Under the pieces are notes generated by a model. It did not search any database and was not told where the DNA came from. It saw only the letters and a program-made list of their open reading frames with translations. A stretch of 63,193 nucleotides of DNA, filler included, from Folioceros fuciformis (Eukaryota): assembly GCA_049999805.1 (NCBI GenBank). It is 7 parts of 7 records of this genome, joined end to end, with 100 filler letters (N's around TTAATTAATTAA, not from the genome) between each part and the next. Parts side by side here need not be neighbours in the genome. Positions count along the whole stretch, not along the records: positions 1 to 11,127 come from JBNGIO010005460.1; 6 more parts are not named here. The stretch is one strand, 5' to 3'. A program made the position numbers and the translations under genes. Shown here piece by piece: positions 1 through 11,227 of the stretch. Each line of letters starts with the position of its first letter. Position 1 is the stretch's first letter.

Positions 1-395
1 GAGTCCGTAGGGAAGTGTAGAAGGTAGTGGTGTCGTTGCTGGTTGCTGGTAGTTGTTGGTGTTGGTGCTGGAGTAAGAGAGTGAGTGAAGTGAGTGAGGG
101 AAGTCACAGATCTGAGAGGTTAGGGTCGTTGTAGTGACAAGAGTGAGTTTGTGGGCACCGAGAGAGGTGCAGCTGACCGCTGGACAGCGAGGCCTGTCCT
201 ACGCCTGATCGGAGCTGGAGGGGAGCCCTCGAATCCATCATCGAGTTGATCAAGTCCGACCCTCCATCCACAGCAGCAAGGAACCCCATCGCTCCTTCGT
301 GGGAACGAAACCCAATGTCTGACCGACAGTGGGATAAGTGTGGCCACTAAAGGTGGAACCCGTCGGCAATCAGTGCCCGGGGTTTTGCCTCCACA
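1..395 (-). mobile_element. Repeat family A, probable LTR terminus (starts TGTGGAGGCAAAACC on minus), inserted into a Copia RNase H region
   Basis: Near-identical to 34275-34668 and, inverted, to 38184-38633. All three copies stop at the same base (...CCTCCACA) with different flanks (ctagg, ttttg, cttac). Confidence 0.8.
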
Positions 396-586
396 CTAGG
401 GCCAAACATATCAAATTATATCATCACTATGTCAGGGATGTAGCTGAGAGAGGAGTAGTAAAGGTGACATATATTCACGCAACTAGCAATACTGTAGACA
501 TCTTTACTAAAGGTCTCTCTAAAGAGAAACATTACAAAACATCTAGCCTCCTTAGGGCTCAGGCATTTTTCTCTACCAATTCCTAA
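396..586 (+). pseudogene. C-terminal Copia RNase H fragment (element C)
   Basis: RAKHIKLYHHYVRD...NTVDIFTKGL matches the Copia RNase H end (RTKHI..YHF.RD...ADIFTK). Confidence 0.85.
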
Positions 587-1440
587 TGCTACGTGAAGGA
601 ACAAAACGCAGCATGCTTGGATGAGTGATGATTCAACGGTCTTAAGTCACACTTTCTTGCGGGTGTGCTTTGGTTAGGGATACTTAGTGGATGAAGCTAC
701 AATGATGCAACCTAGTCGTGGGTAGCTCTCAAAGTTTTCCTGCTATGGTCTTACCTTAGTCTCTTGTTGGGTGGCGTAAGTACTTTAGCCTTTCCAACTT
801 CTCAAGCACAACATTGACCTCATCTCTTGTTGGTGATTTGTCTCCGTCCTTCTGTAGAGCTTCATTGCAAGTAATGCCTCTAGCTTGTATGTTCTCTCCT
901 TTGCATTCTTCAATACAGTCTTCAGCTCATTGCACTTCAGTAGTCTTTTGGAGGTTCAACAACAAGTCTATATTAGTGTGAGTTGGCCACCGGGCTTTTC
1001 TAGTCTTTGCCTCCGTGGGAGCAGACCTTAGCTCAGTCCTCCGTATGAGCTTCTCCTACTCCATTGTCACCGGCTTTAGGCTTTTCAGACTTAGGAGGAA
1101 GTTCGCAATCCCTACAGGAACTAGAGCTGTTTTCCTGAAGCTCTGGAGGAGGTCGGAGCTGCTTCTGCCGAGGTGGTTTGCAATCTGTGGAGCTCATTGT
1201 GGCGTCTTCAACAGCCAAAGTGATGAAGAGGACGATGGCAGTCATTCCTATTATACACAAACACTAGACTTCTAGCATGGATTTCATGCTGTGGAGCTGG
1301 GATTTGAAGTGTTTGCAATGGGCTTGTGGCACGTCTGGAGAGAAAAGGCTTGCACATGGTGGTGTTGGTTTTTTGTTAAGATCATAACGTGGTCGTAAGA
1401 TTGTGAATTAATTTTACACGCTACCATTAACCCTGTGGGT

Positions 1441-1598
1441 TAAGTAGGAGTGTTAGGGGTTGGATAGATAACATGTCGTGGTTAATTAGCTAACCTTAGT
1501 TACACAAACCTCTGTTTGTATATACGGACCACATTGTGCTTATTGAATATATGGTTTTCTTCTCCTTTGTTTTCGTTGTAGTACAAAGCAAGTTGACA
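1441..1598 (+). mobile_element. PPT plus short 3' LTR (1451-1598) of Copia element C
   Basis: Purine tract TAAGTAGGAG, then TGTTAG...TTGACA (148 bp) with an internal TATA-like TATATA. Confidence 0.6.
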
Positions 1599-1600
1599 AG

Positions 1601-2296
1601 GAGAACCACAAAAACCACAATGGTTTATGGGAAATCGAGCGTAAGAGGCTGGAGGGGTAGATTGAAGAGCTTTGCAAGTAGAACACAGGCCTTCGAGTGA
1701 AGGTTCGAGAGATGGAGAATCAAAATTATGAGGCCTAGGTAGGGCTCTGTAACACACAGGTCAAGGTTGTCGCTACCCTTCAACTTTGAAAGGAAGAGAG
1801 GGCCATGACCTTGGCCCTTGAGGAGCTCTAGTGGTACGTCACAATGGCGGCAGCTCAACACGCAGACCTACCAGAGGCTTGCTAGCAGTTAGAGTACCGT
1901 ACCCTACGACGAATGGTTACAGATGACATCTAGCAATTAAATGACAGTTTCAATTTCTATCAGGGAGAGATGCTTTGAGTTCTCAAGGAATCTGTAGAAG
2001 AAGTGGAGTGGCTTGATACTGCTGAAGAGTCAGTCGAGACAACGTTAGGACTGCAGACGCTCCCCAATTTGGCTGGTTTGGACCAGAGTCAGCATTCCCT
2101 GGCGTTTGAACCAAGGCCAAACGCAAGAGATTGACTGGAGGAGAGAATAGTCACTCTTCTAGTTACCATTGAGGGAGGAGAGTCTCCATCGATCATCGCC
2201 CTATTACTGTCACTGCCTCCAACCATAATTTTGGGCCCATCGCTAGCTGTCAGCATCATCCTACTAGCATACACTCAATTCTATTTCACCGAGTAA
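1601..2296 (+). pseudogene. Decayed ORF for an unknown coiled-coil protein, antisense and tail-to-tail to Copia B pol
   Basis: One frame reads WEIERKRLEG*IEEL...AAQHADLPEA...EYRTLRRMVTDDI*QLNDSFNFYQGEML*VLKE. All nine internal stops are TAG or TGA. Homologous to 61890-62499. Confidence 0.75.
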
Positions 2297-2389
2297 TTAT
2301 CCAGACTAATTTGCCGAGCCAGAGAAAAATTGTAGTAAGTGAACAACCATATTATAGGGTAGATAGTATGGCAGATTTTTTTAGATATG

Positions 2390-5300
2390 CATGATGCTAC
2401 TCATGTGTACCCTTAGGTAGGCCCTTAGTGAGGATGTCTTCAACATTCAGGGTGGTGTTGACATATTTGAGTTTAATAAGGCTCTGCTCTACAGCCTATC
2501 TCATATAGTGGAACTGGATTTCGATATACTATGCAGAACTGGATTGGCTATGAGTGCTACGGCTGAAAGATTATCACATTGTAGGAGAGTGGGATCTGAT
2601 TGTTTCCAATATATGCCATCCAGAAATTGTCTAACCCAAGTGATTTCTCTGGCTGCTAGGGAGAGGGCACCATACTCTGCCTCCATAGAGGAGAGGCTCA
2701 CAGTTGTGAGTTTCTTAGACTACCAAGAAATTGTTGAACCACCAAGTATAAGACAATATGTAGCTAGTGATTTTCTGCCATTTAAATCCCTTGCCCAATC
2801 TACATCGAAGTATGAGGTAAGGATTGTATTGGCTGAATGTGAATACTACATATAGAAGTCATGTGTGCCTTGAAGATAATGCAATATGCGCTTAACAGCA
2901 ATCCAATGCCGCTTGCTAGGGTTTGAAAGAAATATGGAGACAATGCCAACATCTAGTGAAATATTAGGCCAACTCCAGCCTACAAGATATAATAAACTCC
3001 CAACGGCTTCACGATAAGGTACTAAAGCCATTTCTGCTCTCTCTCCATTTGTAGTTGGGCAATCCTGAAGGGAAAGCTTATCCCCAGTTGATACTATTGT
3101 AGATACTCGCTTAAGATCTGTTAACCCAAACTTAGTAAGAAGCTGTTTAATGGAATGTGACTAATGAAAAGTAATCGTTTCACTTGCAGGATCAAAAGAG
3201 AATTGAATCCCAAGAGCAAAAGTCAAAGGCCCAACATCTGTCATATCCCACTCAAGGGATGGCTCCTTTTTAATCACTGTAAGAATTTGCTGATCATTAG
3301 CAAAGATAAAATTGTCGTCTACGTATAAGGCTATAATGCAGAGTTGGTTGTTTCTACGCAGGATGTAAACACTACTATCTACATCAAAGGGTTCAAAACC
3401 CAAAGCCTTGAGTTTCTTATTAGCTCTCCCATTTCAAATGTGAGATGATTGCTGTAAACCGTATAAGGACTTTAGCAATTCACAGACTTTATCAAGGTCA
3501 AGGATGTATCCTTCAGGCTGGTCCATGTCTATGATTTCATCTAATGGACCATTCAAAAATGCTCTTTTCATGTCCATTTGGTGGACAATCAATTTGTGTT
3601 TTATAACGTAGTAGAGAAGTAGCCTCATTGATGTTGGTTTTACAAAAGTCTCATTGTAATCAATTCCTTGTACTTGAGTATAACCCTTGGCCACTAATCT
3701 AGCCTTGTAGCGAGGCACTGAACTGCCTAGATTCAATCTCACTTATAATATCCACTTTGACATGATCATCGTCCTCCTTGGTGGTAAGTTGACGAGCTTC
3801 CATGTTCCATTGAATATTAAGCTGTTATACTCTGAGTCCATTGCCTTCTGCCATTTTGCATGTTGTGGACCTGACAAAGCTTCTTTGTATGTAAGTGGTG
3901 TATCAAGAGGTTCCATAATAGTGGAGGCAATAGCATTGACATAGGCCATAAGGTTGGCACGTGTTGGTTGACTAGGGGCTAAATTAGATGTAGATAGTGA
4001 CCTAGAAACAAAAGTGTCCCCTGGTGAATAGGGAGGCTTAATCCATTGAGATCTAGGTCTATGTTCCCTTGTGGATCGCCTTGGGGGAGTGATATTTAGA
4101 TCTACATGAATTTGCTATTCAGCTGGAAAAGGCGTTGGATCACGTTGTTCTACAATGTCTAAAGGCTCTACTTCTATTGTTGGATCATATTTGTCTACAG
4201 TAGCGATTGGTTCATATGCTGGCTGCAGATCTGGGATAATAGGATCAATGTCTACGTGTGCTTCAGGTGGTTGAGATGGTTGTTAAGGAGGGACAACTAT
4301 ACTATCTGACATATCTAGAAAAAGTGAGATGTCTAAATCATCAAAAATGTTGGCTTCAGGATCAGATGGCATATGGCCATAGATGGATGAATCTGACAAA
4401 GGCTCGTGACTTGAAACAGATTTCAGGTGGTGATTAAGAAAGAAGCTTTCATTAAAGCTTACACTACGTGCAAGAGTTAGCTGACAAGCATAAGGATTAT
4501 ATAGCTTATAGCCTTTGGAGAACTCAGAATAGCCGATGAAGATGTGTTTAGTGGCACGATTGTCCATTTTACCTTGCTTAGCCTCAAGCACATCAGCATA
4601 TGCAGCAGCTCCAAAGGTATGCAAGTGACTTATCCTTGGCTTGTGTCCAGTGCACCTTTCAAAAGGTGTATGATTGAAATGTGGTTTCACAGGTAATCTA
4701 TTTTGGACATCATTCATGGCTGAAACTACCTCTGCCAAGTATCCCCTGGTCAGGCCGGCAAGGGATACGGTCACTCGGGTGCACTCCTGCAACGTCCTAT
4801 TATATCTTTGAGCTAGATGATAGGGTAATGTTCGTTGATGAATGATACCCTTCTGCTTGTAGTAAGATTGGAAATCATGGCTCAAGTACTCCTTAACGTT
4901 ATCATTGCAAATATGTTTGATAACTTTGCTTGTCTAAGTCTCAGCCAAATGAACATAATCAAGGAACTTGTCATAAGTTTGGTGTTTGCTGTGTAGAAAA
5001 AATATAACACAGTAGTAGCTCCATTCATCCCAAAACATAAGAAAATAAACAACACCACCAAAAGACACAATGGACATTGGCCCACAAAGGTTAATGTTTG
5101 TTGATAAATTGAATTGCGTGTATTACCACATATACACACAATTGCNNNNNNNNNNCTACGTTTATATGTATGTAACCCTAACGAGGGGTTTTACTTCAAA
5201 CAATGTTAATGACATCAAGTAATCCTAAGGCTTTGGTAGGCTCGGGGTCATTGTAGGGTTTTTGAGCTAATTTGCTTACCTAGCAATTTTCACAGAAAAG

Positions 5301-6853
5301 GGTTTCCAAAACTGTGATCTTAATAGGGTCCTTACAAAGCTCAGGAGTATTGACCATGTGTCTAATGTATGTGATACTGGGGTGGCACAACCTATAGTGC
5401 CCGAGGAAAGTGCTGCTTACTTTAGAATGGGAGCCTAATATGAAAACCTTGGGATCTGAAGTTGTGAGCTGAAAACGATATAATAGGTCATTGTAAATGA
5501 CTCCTTCGCCTAGTATCTCAGAAGGATATGTAGCTTGTGTTGTAGAGCAACCTGCTGTGGTAAATGTTACTAGTAGCCCATGATACAAAATTAGCCTATG
5601 GATGGACAGACGATTTTTGGTCATATTGGGGACATGCAAGACTCCAATCAGTTGAAGATGCTTGCCTCCATTCAATGGCAAGATGACATGCCCATAATTA
5701 GCTATTGCTAATCCACTATTATCCCCAAGCAAAACAAAATGCTTGGATGGTGCAGAATGGTAAGTGAGAAACTCATCTCTTGCTTGACATATGTGGTTTG
5801 TTACTCCTGAATCAAGGAACAACATGTCATTTTTTGCTTGTACTAAAGATAAACAAATTGCCAAAATGGTTGGCGCTTTAACACTCTGAGTGATGCTTTT
5901 TTGTCCACGAGACACAATGTGTGACTCAACACAAGGTGGAGCATTGCGTCCGAGCTCTCTTGCCCTCTTTTTCCTGCATTCACTTTCATGGTGTCCAGGT
6001 ATTCGACACTAGTGACATGTCCCCTTCACCTTTCACTGTGGCTGCAAGAAGGAGGGTGTTGTTTATGGTCTCCTTGGACCAAAAGATGGCTTGTCAGGGC
6101 CTTTGCCTCTTCCTTGTCCACATGAGGTGAAGAGAACTTTATGTTGAATGTTGTTGGCTACGTCCAGTAGCTGTCCTACTTAACTCCTCTTCGAGTAGGG
6201 CTCCAATGATCTATAAGGTTGTAACTGCAGGTGTACCAGCGGCTGAAGTAGATTGAACAGCTTGTCTTATTACAAAGTTTTGCGAACTTACAAACACTCT
6301 GTAGCTGGGGGGCAACAAAGTTAGAAGAACTACAGCTGCTTGCAGTTAAGGTATATTTGTTTCACATGAGGATAGTTTGGCCCGTAAGGTATGGAACTTG
6401 TGTATATGATTCTCTATGCTATCACTATCCTTCATTCAAAGAGCATAGAAGAGTTTGGCCGCATTTATCAAAGACAGAGTCCTTGACGGCAAACATGTCT
6501 TTGAACACTTTCCATACACTTGCTGATGTGGGTTGTCCTTATGTATGCTAAAGTATATTTTTGTCTGCAGCTGACAACATGATATTTCTAGCCCGCTTAT
6601 CTTTTTTGTTCCAAGTAGTAATAACAAAGGCTGCTGCTAAGCCTGAAGCATGTGGCAATCCTGTTGATGTTAGTGAGCTTGGCTGGGCTAGAGATCCATC
6701 AACAATGTCCATGAGGTCATGTTCCTTGAGCTTCGCTGTTAGTCTCATTTCTCAGATTGCATAATCTATTCCATTAAAACAATCTCTGTTCCTAAATTCA
6801 ATTTTTGTTGTGTTGTCAATTATGGTGTTGGAAGTTGACCCTCCTCCTGACAT
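2390..6853 (-). pseudogene. Decayed Ty1/Copia gag-pol (element B)
   Basis: On minus: gag from ATG 6853 (EFRNRDCFNG), protease FLDSGVTNH, integrase, RT RYKARLVAKGY/LYVDD, RNase H EAEY/CDNLSA. Copia domain order with many stops and frameshifts. Confidence 0.95.
5099..5202. mobile_element. Solo LTR (or element collapsed into the 10-N gap) inserted in the Copia B integrase
   Basis: TGTTG...AAACA bounded by the 5-bp duplication ATGTT (5094-5098, 5203-5207). It splits the integrase LDVINI/LCGPM segment. Confidence 0.85.
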
Positions 6854-6981
6854 CGTTCATGGTTGGATGTAAAAGGTAACATCTATCTATTACAAGATGC
6901 CCTACATGTTAGAAGTATGTAAGAAAGAGGCTTCTGACCTATCTAGTCTATGGACCTATTGTCGTAGAGAATGGAGTGTTC

Positions 6982-7404
6982 CTAAAACATACTGGCGATG
7001 GAGATCAAGGCTTGCTCAGTAGGTTTAGGTATGACCATAAGGCTAGCGACTAGATCACAACAAGAGACATTAGGTTTTACAGATCCACTTGAGTTATTTG
7101 AGGTGGATATGCAGATTTTCTCCTGTAATTGGGTGACCTGCTTCTCTAAGGCTCCTATGTGTTTCTTGATGTTAATCATGTCTTTCTTGTTGTTCAATTT
7201 GTTGTGACTAGCCTTCTCTTCTAACAACTGGAGTTTGTAGGTTATGAGTGCTAAGCGGTGTCTAAGAGATTTCTTATCAAAATATGGAGGTGTCAGAGGA
7301 TGAAGATGGCTTGCTAAGCTATTAGAATCATGGTGAATTGGTGGCTGCACCACCCCTAAGAAAGGACCTTGAGAGTGACAACAAGCATGCTGACAAGTAC
7401 GCAA
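6982..7404 (-). CDS. Extra heptad-repeat ORF in the 5' leader of Copia B
   Basis: Lies between the putative PBS and gag. MINIKKHIGALEKQVTQLQEKI has 3/4 hydrophobic spacing. Start codon is non-ATG and uncertain. Confidence 0.45.
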   Translation of the reverse strand: MRTCQHACCHSQGPFLGVVQPPIHHDSNSLASHLHPLTPPYFDKKSLRHRLALITYKLQLLEEKASHNKLNNKKDMINIKKHIGALEKQVTQLQEKICISTSNNSSGSVKPNVSCCDLVASLMVIPKPTEQALISIASMF

Positions 7405-7449
7405 TTACTGTATCGCTGATTTATGTTATTATGTGATCAGGATTAGACG

Positions 7450-7644
7450 CTAAAGACGCGCCACTGTATTAGCATAAAGAAAAGGTGAATACAGCGCCGC
7501 GGTCTCGTGACCTTGACGCGGTGACGGTTAGGAAACCCTAACCGTCTAGCCCTAAGCCTGTCTCTCTGGGTTAGTAGACATAACCTANNNNNNNNNNGCC
7601 CTAAGCCTGTCTCTCTGGGTTAGTAGACATAACCTACCCTAACA
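7450..7644 (-). mobile_element. Probable 5' LTR (7465-7644) and non-Met PBS of Copia B
   Basis: On minus: TGTTAGGG...AATACA, then G-TGGCGCGTC. The duplicated sequence around the 10-N gap inflates the length. Confidence 0.55.
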
Positions 7645-8348
7645 TTATGAGTCATGATAGGATATGTTGTCACTTGCTATTCCTAGCAAGGCTTTCTCGT
7701 ATACTGCATTCTTGCCAATATTGCCTAGACAATTGAAAATGTCTTTGCATCTCTTCTGCAAAGTAAAGGAAAGACCCGTATTGGGTTCTATTGCAAGGTG
7801 CCCTTCATAATTTCAGAATACAAACTCCATCAGCAATTAGCGCGTAGCACATATACTATATGCATATGCTATGATACCATAAAGAAATGTGCACAAGAGC
7901 ATTGGACACCAGCAAAAGATTCACGAGAATAAGGTGTTTGTTATGAGAAGCAAAATAGCGTAAGTACACATAAAAGATTGTAACCATTTCTAAACCTAGT
8001 TATAAGTAACCTAGTGTGGTAGGTAGGCCTTTTGTTATTCCACATCATGACATTTTGAGAGCAGTAGGTAGTTTTTGAAAATGATATTCGCAGGGGAGAG
8101 TACCTCTTTTTGCCTTTGGCCCTAATGGGGTTGTTCCTGCAATCTGTGGAGTAGATGGGACTTTCCATCTCTTTTTCAATCATAGAAAATACGCGTTAAA
8201 AGTAAACTAATATGGTTCGTTCTTTTCAGGGTTTGTAGATAGAAGCGATTCCAATAGCCCTGGACTTGCGTTTCCCAACTAGCCAAGCCATGGTGCTTGA
8301 CTTTGTAGCTCGGGCTCACTCTTGCAACTTGCCAGTGCTGATCCCTAT

Positions 8349-8588
8349 TTATCCCTCATCGTCCTCCACGTAGCCAATGTAGGCAAAGTTGGAGTACTTT
8401 GGCAGCACAAGGCCACCTTGCTTGATTGTGATCCTAGCAGCGGCCATTTGGGTGTCTCTGAGAGACCAAGTGTTGGACCAAGCTTACACTCTACCTCTGT
8501 CGGTACATAGAATCTCCCGAGGCTCCTTCAGTTGCAGCTCAGCTCTGAAGCCTGGTGTGACATACACGTAGGACAAGGCTTCAACCAT
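8349..8588 (-). pseudogene. 11S globulin/legumin-like cupin N-terminal fragment
   Basis: ELQLKEPREILCTDRGRV*AWSNTWSLRDTQMAAARITIKQGGLVLPKYSNFAYIGYV resembles the first cupin domain of plant 11S-like proteins (..GAAKL.L...GF..P.YSD..KVAYV). One internal stop. Confidence 0.5.
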
Positions 8589-8671
8589 GGCTCAGGCCAG
8601 CGCCCAATGTTTGATGTTGCTAACCTCCACAACCTTCCCTAATAGATGTTGTCAAAGACAGAGAGGGACTG

Positions 8672-8870
8672 TGAAATGGTGCTCCCCTCCCTGAGTATGG
8701 TAAACCCAACATGAGTTAGCCTAACTTAGGTTAGTTAACCTGTGGTTAGCTATATAGTTTATTATTTTAAACCCTAAACATTTATATATGTGCTCTCTTG
8801 ACTTCTTATAATGTAATGAACTATTCATATGCTTTCTAGCTTCCGCTGTATGTTTTCATGGTATCAGAGC
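8672..8870 (+). mobile_element. 5' LTR (about 8672-8858) and tRNA-iMet PBS of Copia element E
   Basis: TGAAA...TTTCA followed directly by TGGTATCAGAGC (8859-8870). Confidence 0.85.
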
Positions 8871-8998
8871 CATGGATTTTTGTTTTGCCACAATCTGTGT
8901 TTAGTAGATGTTTTTCGAGCAATTTTTTATGGGAAATTGTTGTGGGAATTTGATGATGCATTTATTTATGTGATAAATGCCTCATTTCTCACACACCG

Positions 8999-9349
8999 AT
9001 GGCGCGGCGTCGGGGAAGTGGTGTTTTTGATGGGTCTCATTCTCGATTTTCTGACAGGTTTGTGGATCAGTCGGGGAGATCTGGCCGTGGTAGGAAATCT
9101 CAGAATGCTTTGTCACGGCGTGATTTTTACTACGATCGGATGCAGGAGTCTAGTGAAGATACCCTAGCTGATTTTCTTGCCAGCACAAATTTGAGGACGA
9201 GACCACCAGAATTCACACTTTGTTCCCAGCTGAACAGCATTGAGACCTTGCTTGGTCGCATCCTGGATGAACAGGCTAGGCAGGCGAGCCGTCTTGATTG
9301 CTTTGCTGTGAGAATTGCTGGCTTATTTGAGAGATTTTGTGAGTCATAG
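8999..9349 (+). CDS. Extra 116-aa ORF with C-terminal coiled coil in the leader of Copia E
   Basis: Intact ATG-to-stop ORF between PBS and gag. LCSQLNSIETLLGRILDEQARQASRLDCFAVRIAGLFERF keeps 4/3 spacing over about six heptads. Confidence 0.55.
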   Translation: MARRRGSGVFDGSHSRFSDRFVDQSGRSGRGRKSQNALSRRDFYYDRMQESSEDTLADFLASTNLRTRPPEFTLCSQLNSIETLLGRILDEQARQASRLDCFAVRIAGLFERFCES

Positions 9350-9914
9350 GGCCGGAAATCATGTACTCAGCTTTGTGACTGTGGCTGTCAATTGCACCGT
9401 GATTTTGTGGCGAAGGGGAGCGCGGTAGGGATGCCGGCTTCCCCTCAGCATCTCGGTGAAGGATTGTTGTGACCCGGATCAGGATGGGCGCGGCACATGT
9501 GTGTGTGATCTGGAGCGGTGCTTGTCATGCTTGGGTCGCGGTGTGTGCGTGCCATCCTGTAGCGGGTAGTTGCAACTGAAACGAAACGAAAGGCACTTAA
9601 GTTGGAATATCGGTTCGGTTCCTTTTTAGGTTTGGGCTTTGTTTAAGTTGGAATAACGTTTCGGAATTCAAGTTGGAGTTTCGTTTCGAGTTTCTAGTTG
9701 GGGTTTCGTGTCGGTGCTTAAGTTGGAATAACGGTTCGTAGTTTTTAGGGTTCAGTTCTAGCATATTCTTTTTAATATCTTTTAGGCCTTTTTTTATTGT
9801 TTTTAGTGTAGTTTCTTTCTATGCTTGTAAACTCATAATGGGCTTACAATCTGTTTCCCTTGTGCTTGTAACTTTCAGCATCTTTTCTATTGTTTTTATT
9901 TCTTTCCCTTTTGG

Positions 9915-11127
9915 ATGGAAGTAGATGACATAGATGCTGATAGTGAATCAGATGTTAACACTCTCTCTGAGTCTTTATCTCGTTTAGTGTTGTCTTCTGG
10001 TCCCATAAATCCATTATTGGTGCAAGCACAAACACCTCAGATTTTTCCAATCATGGCTAGTTCTGCTCTTTCCATCCCTGTTCCTTCAGTCGTTTCTTCT
10101 GGCTATGGGGGTGAATTTAAAGAGAAAGACCGTTTTGATGGGAAACCTGCTAGGTATGAAGGTTGGCGAGCTCGTATGAAGGCACATCTGGATGCGCGTG
10201 ATGTGTGGGAGTATGTTGACGGTACTCTACCCGATCCTCGCAAGACTCCAGTTACTGCTCCCAACCAACCAACTGCTGATGAGATTGCCAAGTGGAAGAA
10301 AGGGAACAAGACAGCCTTTGCTATTCTCCTCTCCGGCCTGGATGAACCTATGGTGACCGAGGTAGAGTACTTGGAATCTGCAGCAGCAGTGTGGAATCAG
10401 CTTAAGGAGACATATAAGGTGCAGAATATTCTTACTTTGGTAGCTGCTCGGAATGAGTTTCATTCCTTACGTATGAAGGAGGGTGATTCGGTCGCTGCTC
10501 ATATCAGCCGTTTTAGGCTTCTGCGGTCACAACTTACTTCTCTGGGGAGTGTTTTGACCGAGAATGAGGCTGTTGCGCAGCTCCTTTCCAGTCTTCCTTC
10601 CTCCTACCAAAGTTTTGTTTCAACACAAAATGCAGCCTTACGATCTTCAGTAGCTGCTGTTTCTGCTGGCCAGGTGCAAACTCTTACATTCAGTGAGCTT
10701 GTTGGTGCACTTTTTCAAGAAGAGCAGTCCCGCCATCGGAGTGGGGGACAACCACAGAGAGCTAGGAGTGAGAAGGTGTTGTTCGCTGCCAGAGGAAAAC
10801 CATTCGTGAAGAACAAAGGGAAGAAGGTTCCTGCCAATCCGGGAGCCCCCTCCACTAAGCGACAAGGCAATTGTCATTGGTGTCAACTTCCTGGTCATTG
10901 GGAGAGGGACTGCCGTAAGAAGAAAGCTGGAGAGCCAAAGAAGGAGGTTCGGCTGGAAGCTCATGTTGCTGCAAAGGACAAGGGCTCAGCAACCTCTTCT
11001 CGTAAGAGCAGCTCCACAGTTCTTACAGTTTGCCTCACCTCTACTAGGAATGTTTCTTCTGCTTGGTATATTGATTCTGGGGCTACTTCTCATGTCTGCA
11101 ACAATAGAAGTCTTTTCACTACTTATA
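9915..11127 (+). CDS. Copia gag and start of protease (element E), cut off at segment end
   Basis: Uninterrupted ORF with gag core, zinc knuckle CHWCQLPGHWERDC and protease WYIDSGATSH. Confidence 0.95.
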
Positions 11128-11227
11128 NNNNNNNNNNNNNNNNNNNNNNNNNNNNNNNNNNNNNNNNNNNNTTAATTAATTAANNNNNNNNNNNNNNNNN
11201 NNNNNNNNNNNNNNNNNNNNNNNNNNN
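11128..11227. other. Artificial joining linker; identical ones at 33833-33932, 38634-38733, 45688-45787, 52264-52363, 56847-56946
   Basis: 44 N + TTAATTAATTAA (stops in six frames) + 44 N, six times. Confidence 0.98.

Noticed and set aside
285-345. Hammerhead ribozyme (retrozyme) in family A, suggested by CGAAAC plus a stem
   Set aside because: No CUGANGA core upstream and no correctly placed UH cleavage site.
338-586. Fusion proteins starting MWPLKVE (also 38241-37594)
   Set aside because: Non-ATG chance read-through from the family A end into interrupted Copia frames.
1446-1603. Solo LTR with AGGAG target duplication
   Set aside because: The left AGGAG is part of a PPT following Copia C internal sequence, so the match may be chance; not fully excluded.
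7548-7636. Tandem duplication around a 10-N gap (also at 42504-42607 and 53895)
   Set aside because: Typical unmerged contig overlap.
7868-7879. Met-type PBS on minus (one mismatch) as the start of element B
   Set aside because: No CA-ending LTR beside it, and a better LTR/PBS pair lies at 7450-7644; it may be a separate relic.
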